Shown: positions 11,848-20,250 of the stretch, piece by piece
Layout of the letters: every line of letters begins with the position of its first letter
How positions within the stretch are numbered: position 1 is the first letter of the stretch
From: Basidioascus undulatus
Lineage: Eukaryota
DNA length: 32,602 nucleotides
Direction: 5' to 3'
Assembly (NCBI GenBank): GCA_000826855.1
Contig: JTLS01000180.1
Coordinates: 1-32,602 of the forward strand
Notes under the pieces: generated by a model
Seen by the model: only the letters and a program-made list of their open reading frames with translations
What the model was told of the DNA's origin: nothing
Database searches by the model: none
Translations under genes and position numbers: made by a program

Positions 11848-13186
11848 ATGGCCACAGCTCCACCGTCTCCCATCCCCCCTGGAAGATCCTTTTCGGCTCC
11901 TTCGTCCAGTAACGACGTACGAATCCTTCTAACCTTGAAAACAACGACCAAGTCGGAGCGGGCTGAGTTGCGTTCCTCCTGCAGAGCGTACTACTCTTTG
12001 TCCGCCATCTCCGCACACCGATCATGGATCCATGATAAGGACCAGAAGCCAGGAAAGGTGGCCATGTATTATATATTCGACTTTATCTGTCTGTCAATTA
12101 TTAAACTGAGGTGAGCCAACCGCACAGCTTTTAGGACTTCGAGGTAGGCCTGAGCTTCATTCTGCAACAGGGCTTGGCTATCCATCTGTCGACCTACGGG
12201 ATGGTAACCGATTCTTACCGAAACTTGCTTTCAGACCTGCCGCTCACCCTTTAATCACTTAGATTCGTATGCCCTCGTCCAACGCTTGCGTACTATCGTA
12301 AACTAAGGCGGCAGCATCGTCTCTTTTCGCGGCTACGTCGAATTCGAGGATACCAGGCCTCTTCCAGCCCCCTAGCTCCTACATGCCTTACACTGTTCAT
12401 GCGTCACGCTAGTTATCAGCCGAAGATACAGTCCTACGCGGGGAAAGCAGTGAAGGATGTACGCCCTCCATTCCCTCACGGCTTCAGACTGGGCACCGCA
12501 AAATATGCCTCTGATGAGCGGAACCTTCAGACCGCTACCGCTGATAAGGCGAGGCGATCATTGCCGACATTCTGCTTTTCGCCAAGGAGTACAGCCCGCC
12601 TGAAACGGTTTTTCTCGTTGCGGGCGACCGCGACTTCGCTTACGCCGTCTCGGCGCTGTGCGGGCGTGGATACACGCTCGACGTGGTCGGCGCCCAGCGG
12701 GGTACAGCAGAGTTTGAGGGCACTTGCGCGCAAGGTGTATAGCTGGAGAAAGGACGTCGTTGAAGAGCCCGAACCCGCTGCATCTACAGTCAGCGAGCCC
12801 CAGACGCCGATAGTCAACAACACGAGCATCTCACCCTCGCATTCGAGCCCTCCTTGGCTGACATCTCAGGTCGCCGCCATGCCTACAACCCATCTCCACC
12901 CGGTTTCCCTTGCTTCTACCTCCCATGCCACGCCAACAGCGCCCATTCCCCCCCAGTTCGCGCCGCTCATCCAGGCCGCCCAACGCGTCAGTCTAAGGTC
13001 AGGCTCGACCCGACAGCGCTCGACCGAGGTCGGCGAAGCGCTCGGACCGCGGCGCAATGAGATATATCAAGGTGCTGAGTGCAAAGGTTTCATGAATATG
13101 CCAAGGAAGCAGAGAAGGCGGGCCTTGTGTTGCTCAACGGAGATGCGCAGTCGGGGTGTGAGTGGTTGCAGCTGGTGGTAGAGTAA
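11848..13186 (+). pseudogene. NYN-domain (PIN-like RNase, Limkain-b1/MARF1 type) protein with C-terminal OST-HTH-like region; pseudogene
   Basis: VAI|F*DFE (TAG at 12132 in place of the W of the FWD motif); second stop TAA at 12304; ADKA-IIADILLFAKEYSPPETVFLVAGDRDFAYAVSAL (NYN acidic motifs) broken by a 5-nt AGGCG duplication at 12547-12556; further frameshifts near 12690 and 13085; ends FHEYAKEAEKAGLVLLNG...WLQLVVE*. The start codon is uncertain. Confidence 0.85.
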
Positions 13187-14061
13187 GAAAGCGGTCGGGT
13201 ATATGCACACTTGTGATCGTGTTTGTGGTGTTCACAGTGTGTCTTTCCAGCCCAAGAGCATCAACGCCCAGAGGGAAAGGAAACGTGTGCATCCGGTTAG
13301 AGACCTGACCCGCCTGTTCTTTTACTATGAACGGCAGAGTGGGGGAAGTGCCTAGGCTTGGCCGCCCCTAGCTGTTATGGACCGCGTCTGCCTGGGACTT
13401 CAAGTGGACCAGAAAATATGAGGTATCTACCGGAGGTAACGTTCTTGAACGCCGATATTAATGGGAGTGAGAAAAATGTGGCTGCCCCTCGGCATGAAAC
13501 GGCGCGTTGCGAGGAGAAAAGTACCACCTCGGCAGCACTCTTCAAACCAAAAACCATACGGTAAGATATCTGCAACATTTAAGATGGTGTAACATCAGCG
13601 CAGCTGTTCTCGTTGCCAAAGAGGTATGAGCGGTGACGATGGGGCGACCATTCCAACTTGCTGACAAACTGGGCACACTGGTATCGTCGCCCCGCATACT
13701 ATCAAGTACCGTGATATCAATGGCTGGAGTAACCGGAGAATCATATAATTCTCTGGTGCCTAAGCACGCAGCATGGCGCACCATGCACCAACCAGTTGAG
13801 TCCGTTACGTGTGTAGGCGGTTCCAATGGCAGGCAACGCGGAGCCGTAGCTGGTCCTGAAAGCTAATCCTCAAGATCTTTTCGTTAGTCTTTGAAAACCA
13901 TTCAAAATTTCTTTGCATGATGCACAGGGCCTGAAGAGCGCAGGGACCCAAAGTCAAGAAACAGAGCAGAAGAGGGTCTGGCCGGGCGGATGCAAACGCC
14001 AAAAAGCTCACGTCTCTCGCTCTCACCCTCATTTCGACCTTCACGCATTTCGTATCGAGCC

Positions 14062-15636
14062 ATGTCCAAGCGCAAAGACGCCCCGAATTCGGGATCGTCT
14101 CAGAAGCACAAGCATGTCAAATACCGCAAGGTACTCTACCTCTCTCCTTGCCCTGCCCGCGCCAGCCCGCTGATTCTGGTCGCCAAGCATAGGACGGCAC
14201 CGCCATCGCGCTCTCCTCGTTCCATCCGCCTGTCGGGCCTGGGATATTTGTGTCTTGTGTGAGGGGAAAGGAGTCTCAAGCGACTCGGGAGGCGCTTGAG
14301 ATCTTGAACGACGTGCATCGCTTGCCCTCATGCCCTTCCCCCCTCGAGTACTCACCTCCATACCATCGTACCCCAGGTCGCCGAGCGTCATTTCCCCAAC
14401 CCAATCTTTGAGGTGTCCAATCCTTCTTCCGGCGCTGGCGGGGGCGTTGCCGGCGAGGAGGGTGCAGGGAGAGGGGAAAAGGAGGAGGAGGCGGAGGAGC
14501 TCGATATCCAAGCGCAGATCGCTGCAGAGCTGGTGGAGCTGAAGCCCGAGGGGAAGGAGGGCAAGGGCAAGGAGGGTGATGGGCAGCCGCGCATACGGAA
14601 GCGCTTTGTGAACCACCAAACCGGGACGCAGTGCCGTACGTCCATTCTTTTTCTGTCCTCGGTGGGCTGCAGGCTTAGAGGTATACGACGAACGCAGTGC
14701 TCTTCCTTGAAGTCCGCAAGCCGCTTGACGCGGTCGCGCTCGTCTTGAAGTACTTGGAGGAGGTGGAGGAGACGCGCGTGTGCAGAACGCGGTACGTCTT
14801 TTTGCTTCCCTCTCCCTTCCCTTGTCCCCCTGCTAACTTCCCGAGAATCGCCATGTAAGGTATATCGAGCGCCTGACGCCCATCTCCACCCTCGGCCCCG
14901 CAACCCTCCCCTCCCTCACCGCCCTCGCAACCTTCACCTTCCAGTCCGGTCTCGATGCTTCTGCTTCATCCCCCGAGCAGGGACTCACTGTTCGTCTCCT
15001 CCTACGCCCACCTTTACCATCCCGACCATCCTACTTCACCTTCCTTTTGCGGAGAAATTGACAGACGTGCTGGCATGGATCGGAGCAGTATCGTATCGAG
15101 CCCCGAGCCCGGGCGCACAGCACCCTCACGCGCGACGAGATCCTCTCCGTCGTCGGCGCATCCGTGTCTCATCCGCACAGGGTGGATCTCAAGGCGCCCG
15201 AGCGGTGGTTGATTGTAGAGATTTTCAAGGTTTGTTCTCCCTGCTCCCCCTTCTCCTTACGCCTGTTTGGGCGGTCCGGCTTGGACGCTTACATTGGAGC
15301 GTGCTGCAGAACGTGTGCGGTGTGGCGGTCGTCAAGGACTACGACAGGTTCTGCAAGTTCAACGTACGTCTGCGGCTCTTCGTCATCGGCATTCTCACCA
15401 GCATCTTTCGTATATCCGATGAGCGTTGATTGTCGTAACCTGGGTGCGTGCGAGAACAGCCCAAGCAAGTCGTCGATCGGGCCATCAAATCTTCTGGAGC
15501 TGCCGGGAAGGAGGAGAATGCGGTGGGAAATATGACGAAGAAGGAGGACCAGAAGGCTGGGAGTGAGGGGGCGGCTCTGGTGGAAGGTGCAGGTGAGGAC
15601 CACAGCGCAGCAGTAGAAGAGGCTGAGGCCACATGA
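14062..15636 (+). CDS. TAN1: THUMP-domain tRNA acetylation adaptor Tan1/THUMPD1 (8 exons)
   Basis: Seven GT-AG introns splice into one frame: GPGIFVSCVRGKESQATREALEILND...LDIQAQIAAELVELK...RTRYIERLTPIS...YRIEPRARAHSTLTRDEIL...HRVDLKAPERWLIVEIFK|NVCGVAVVKDYDRFCKFN. This is the characteristic THUMP C-terminal motif. Confidence 0.9.
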
Positions 15637-16070
15637 ATTGTCATGTCAGGGTCGCTGGATCCTTTCGCGTGCCGCAGAGCGAAGCGCCTTGTTATCCACT
15701 CGCACTGCCCAGGCGCACACGGCAGGTATCTCGTCCGGCATCAAACGGATGTCACAATCGGGTTTGCCGGGTGCTCGCGCATCGTCAGAACCTAAATTCA
15801 GAAAGCGCCAGCGGGCATGATGCATCGGTTTTCCTGATTCATGAAACCACAAACGCAGTCAAGAGCGCCGCACAAGAGCACGCTAGGTCCTTGCGCTGGC
15901 TACTGCACAAGGCTTAGACGGGCGTCTTTCGAGAAAGGCTCAGTCTGGGGCGTTCGGTGGGCACGCTGCGTGTATGGAAGTGCGCCTGTGGATACGGTGA
16001 CTGAAGAAATACAAGGGTGCAGATGCGACGTTGCCTCAAGGGTGATAGGGTAGACGCAGGGCAAGGGGAG

Positions 16071-16134
16071 GGGCAAGTGGGCAATTGGGCAAGTGGGCAA
16101 TTGGGCAAGTGGGCAAGTGGGCAAGTGGGCAAGT
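16071..16134 (+). repeat. 8-bp tandem repeat (GGGCAA[G/T]T) x8
   Basis: Direct reading: GGGCAAGT GGGCAATT GGGCAAGT GGGCAATT followed by (GGGCAAGT)x4. Confidence 0.95.
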
Positions 16135-16208
16135 GGCTCATGTTGCAAAGGGGCAAGGAATGTGGAGACGCCAGTGCGGAGACCCAGAAATGAGAAACAT
16201 GGACATTA

Positions 16209-18780
16209 TTACAGAAGCATCTCCCTGCAAACAAGTAGAAGGGGTGATTAGTAATGTTTGGGGGATAAACGGGAAGAAGGAAAGAGCATGACGCAGAAGA
16301 CACTTGCCTGAGATTGCGTTGAATGATAGTACTGTGGTGCGCGCAATGAGGGCCCGGCCAGCCGGGGCAGAAAATGGTTGGTGAGGCGGCAGACGATGCA
16401 GAGGTGGGTGCGAGGGTGGAGGTGGATGCGAGAGTGGAGGTGGATGCGAGGGTGGAGGTGGATGCGAGAGTGGAGGTGGATGCGAGAGTGGAGGTGGGTG
16501 CGAGAGTGGGACGAGCAAAAGGGATGAGAGGAGCAGGACGAGGGAGGAAGGCGTCAGCCCCGCGCGCGTATACAAGGTGGCGGCAGAGTGTGGGTAATGC
16601 GACGGTGGGTTGCGACGCTCAGAGCAACCCAAGCTGAGCCAAATCGTGCCGCATGATCGTTCTTTTTTTTCGCGCCGGCACAAGAGCGACGGAGGAAGAG
16701 GGGAAGGAAGGACAGAGACATTTAGCGTAACGTTCCTTCGCGTAAAGGTCGGGCGTTGCGAGGCCTCCCCCGCCCGAAAAGACACGATTCATAGTGAGTC
16801 GGTTCGGAGAATACCGAGAGCGGGGGAGGAATGGAGAACATAGAACCGAGAGAAAACCAGAAAGGCACGCACTGCGGTGGTGGCCTTCGGAGTCAGTACG
16901 GGGCGAGACGGGAAGGGAAGGCGAAGGACGGGTTGGGAACGTACCTCTGTGACTGCAGCCATAACGACTTTGAGAAGGGCGGTGTCGGTCTGTCGCGAGG
17001 CAGCAGTAATCTGTCTTAGCCAGCACCGCAGTGGGTCGTGGGCGGACATCGACGACTCACGGCGTTCGTAACGTGGACGTAGACCTCCTTCTGCGGCGTC
17101 CGGTTCAACCGCACAAAGCGACGCTTGAAGTAGTCCCTGCCCGCCGCATAATCGCACATCGGACCTGCATGTTCGAACGAACGCATCAGCTTCGCGCTGT
17201 CGTGCGCAAATAAAAGGCTCCTCTCCTGACCATCGTAATCAGGGAAATAGTTCTTGATCGGCGAGTACTTGATCTTTTCTCGGAATATGTCGTCCTGCAC
17301 ATGACGAAAGGTGTTTGTCAGTCCGGCGAAGACGAGGAAGGGACAGGGTGCATGGCGCACCTTGTTCAGGAAGAGGATCATCGACGTCTTGACAAACCAT
17401 CTTGAATTGCAGATGCTACCGGAAATTTTGTTTGTCAAGTGAGCGCGAGCACACAGGTTATCATAAGGGTGCGGCGACGGACGAGTCGAAAAGCATGACT
17501 GTGTCAAGGAATGGTTAGCCGGCCCGTCCCCTTGGAACGTGAAAAGCAGGACGCACGAGCTTCGTGCATCTGATTAGACTCCCGGTCCTCCACCAGCACT
17601 TGATCGTAACCACCGATCGAAACCAAGAACTGCGACATCGCCTAGGGTTAGCCGTTTGCGGACCCTGCGCACACTTGCGAATGAGCTCCGCACAAGAACA
17701 GCCGTGACCTGCAAATGCAATGCCGATGAGCACATGAGAGCCTAAAGGAATTGGGATCCACGTACGCCCTCGAAACAATGGATCCACTTCTTCCGCTCTG
17801 AGCGCTGCCCGCCGACATCGAAGATGTGATACTGTTCCGCCCCATCCCCACACGTCAGCGCAACCATTGCCGCAGTCCCCGCCCCGTCCAGCCGACACAC
17901 ATCCCATTCCGAGATCCTGAACCGGGTCTCGACAATTCCGATGGACTTTGCTCGACACCGGAGGATGTCGGCGTCCGTCGCCCGGTAGTCCAGCTGCCAG
18001 AAGCGGCCGAGGTCGGAGTAGAAGTAGGGGAGATGCTCTGGAATCGCTGCCTCGTTCGCGCGCGCGTACGTCGCCTGCACGCCCGGGTCCTGCCACAAAG
18101 CCTGGAGCGCGGTGAGGTACTGAGGGGGAAAAGGCTGGTTGTCCGCCAGCTCAGGCGCTGCGGCGAGGATGGGGAGGTGTTCCTGCGAGATGATGATGAG
18201 CGCGTACGGATCGGGGAGAAGACGAGGTGGCGTGCTTACCCTGTTTTGCGGTTCGATCTCGATGTTGAAATCTTCCGCGGCATCCAGGATGAGGCGCATG
18301 CCTTGCACGATGTTAGAGAAGACGAGTTGGCGGTAAGATTCCCGTTCCGCGGGAGTGAACGCTTCTTTGTTGTAGAGGACTTTCATTTGCTGCGGCCATC
18401 AAGTAGAAACGTGAGCATCCCAGAGCCAAGCGCCCAATGATCGCGTGCGCAAGCTCATCGCCATGGAGTAGCCGATACCGCAACTCCATCATCCTGCGTC
18501 ACCTTCCGTGCCGTCCCATCCGCCTTCATGTCATCGTCTAAGATAGGAAGCGCGAGGCACACCTTCAAGACCGTGGACTTTCCCGACTCTCCAGCACCCA
18601 ACAGAAGCAGCTTGACCTGCTTCCGCATCTTGGCCTCATCCTGCCCGCCCAGCTCCCAACGTGAACGGCGGCTCCGGGTGCGGCAGATGTTGACGGGCAC
18701 AGACGCACCTGCTTGATTGTCTTCTCGATAGCGCGGGACCGCTTCGCCTCAGGCGAGTCGGTGGATGAGACGCAGCCCAT
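16209..18780 (-). CDS. heterotrimeric G-protein alpha subunit, probably fungal group II; 14 exons including microexons
   Basis: MGCVSS lipidation N-terminus; KLLLLGAGESGKST (G1); RCRAKSIGI (G2); DVGGQRSERKKWIHCFE (G3); ILFLNK|DD (G4); HVTNA|TDT (G5). The C-terminus KVVMAAVTD|TIIQRNLR|EMLL* (TAA 16211-16209) is obtained via the nested intron and a GC-AG intron. Microexons at 17708-17694 (15 nt) and 17498-17483 (16 nt). Confidence 0.93.
16225..16307 (-). other. GC-AG spliceosomal intron (last intron of the G-alpha gene)
   Basis: CAG|GCAAGT donor, ACTAAT branch-like site and TTGCAG| acceptor. Removal joins AG|G = Arg and yields NLR-EMLL*. Confidence 0.85.
16332..16945 (-). other. [D1,2] spliceosomal twin intron (stwintron): internal intron 16944-16872 interrupts the donor of the external intron (16945 plus 16871-16332)
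   Basis: Minus strand: ACA GA|G[GTACGT...ACTGAC...CCGCAG]TGCGT.....CCACAG|T ACT ATC ATT CAA. Excising the bracketed 73 nt creates donor GTGCGT. Excising that intron gives GA|T = Asp and the in-frame C-terminus. Confidence 0.8.
16401..16508 (+). repeat. 18-bp minisatellite GAGGTGG[A/G]TGCGAG[A/G]GTG x6, inside the external intron of the stwintron
   Basis: Six contiguous units start at 16401, 16419, 16437, 16455, 16473 and 16491, with two variable positions. Confidence 0.95.
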
Positions 18781-20250
18781 GGTGGGGGTAGAGCGGGGAT
18801 GGGAAGGTAGGCGGAGATGAGGGGGGGCAGGGGGGATCTGTCTGGTCGTCCGCGAAGGGTGAGCTTCGTGCCTGGGTCCTGAGTCGGAATAACGCGTGAC
18901 AGACAAAGGCCGGTCCGCCGGAGACCTATAGAAGAAGAGGGGAAGCTCAAGGAGCGACTGCAGTTGGTGGAAGACGGTGAAGGAACGGCGTGTGTCAGCT
19001 CAGGAGTTGGACACACACAGCTCCGGTTTCTGCCCGTGCCCTTGTCGATCTGAGAGCGCAGATTACAAAGCAAGGTTACTTACGGATTGGTGTAGTCCAC
19101 CACACCAGGCAGGAGGCAAGCTCGTTAGACCAGGGCGATAACCTGGGCAGAGGAGGATGATGAACGAACTGGAGACGAGTCAAGAGTCGCCGCTTGACAT
19201 CAGTCTACTCACTTCAGCTGTCAAAGCACGAGCACACAGCCAAGTCTCAGCTCGCAGTCGTGATTAAGTTGTTGGCTTGCCAAGTTGGGTTCGGGAAGAT
19301 GGAATGGTGGAGTAGTTTTACAAGAGAAAAGAGCGGAAGATTTGAGGGATGAGTCCCGTTGAGTGAACAGGAGTCACCACTCGCGGCCGTCGAGGCGAAC
19401 AAGCCGCCGTCGATCATCAGCTCCCAGCTCTGTCCCATCGACAATACAGCCGCGGCCCTGTTCGCGTTCTTCGTTCCCAAGATGCAGTCCACTTTGGGAT
19501 GGTGTAAAATATACGTAGGGAAACACGGTTAGTTACCAACATTCCATGATGCAGTCCAGTCGTGACATTCAGCATCTCCTCCTCTCGGACAGGTCAACCT
19601 TTTCGACATCTTGTATGGAAAGGCGCACAGAGACCCTATTGAGGGAATGCGATCCTCTGCATCGCATCCTGACCAATTCGACAGACGGTCCATCACTTTT
19701 CACATCAATGCACAACGCACAACTTGCGTTCAACCTCCTGATTAGTTGAACACATAAGTACGAATGTGGCGTGCAGGCCCATGCAGGCGGCATTTGGGCG
19801 GCGGTGGGCCTGTCAAGGTCTGTCAGGAAGTCAGGTCGTTCGTTGCCTCACCAAAGCATGGTGAAACGCTGAGCGGACAACAGTGCAGAGGTAAAACCCG
19901 GTTCTTTCCTTTCTGACATAAAAAGGCTGTGTTGTGTTCTTTTTTCGACAAGAAAACCACCTCCGTTGTAGACGGGGAGTTGTTTGCCAATTTCACGACT
20001 TGAGTTCAAGTGGCTTAGGTTGCCTCATGAGGAATGCGTCCGCCGCGCGTGCAACCCGCGTCCGCCGCAGGGACTGTCTGCTCAAGACCACCGGCTTTCT
20101 CTGATTCGCAGAACACGCCCGCGCGCACTACCATCATCGATTGCATCTCCAAATCCAGGTATGCCATACTCCGCATTATGAGAGAGGTGTGAGCTGATCT
20201 GGTTACCACCACGACTTACATTAGTACCGCTGTGGTCGCGTGTCCCCAGT

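Noticed and set aside
11293..12114. 273-aa and 210-aa ORFs
   Set aside because: They mostly cross the pyrimidine-rich 3'UTR of the RING gene with non-ATG starts; only the distal part could belong to the NYN pseudogene.
16071..16508. Tandem repeats as a CRISPR array or telomeric repeat
   Set aside because: There are no spacers, the context is eukaryotic, and the arrays are interstitial and not TTAGGG-like.
16374..16637. ORF with ARVEVD repeats (or SHPPPL on the minus strand) as a pheromone-precursor-like repeat peptide
   Set aside because: There is no CAAX or Kex2 pattern, and the repeat lies inside the G-alpha intron, so it is better explained as a minisatellite.
16873..16884. 12-nt microexon (AAG|GCCACCACCGCA|GTGCGT) as an alternative to the stwintron
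   Set aside because: It keeps phase 0, so the downstream TIIQRNLR exon stays out of frame; that AG is also very close to the branch point.
16789..16945. Read-through G-alpha ending ...EVRSQPVL...ILRTDSL* from the ORF track
   Set aside because: It runs through clear splice signals and lacks the conserved II..NL C-terminal helix found at 16331-16209.
19080..19990. Short ORFs and an 11-bp repeat (GATGCAGTCCA) between the divergent G-alpha and KU80 genes
   Set aside because: Too short and unrecognisable to support a gene call; it could be promoter sequence or a chance match.
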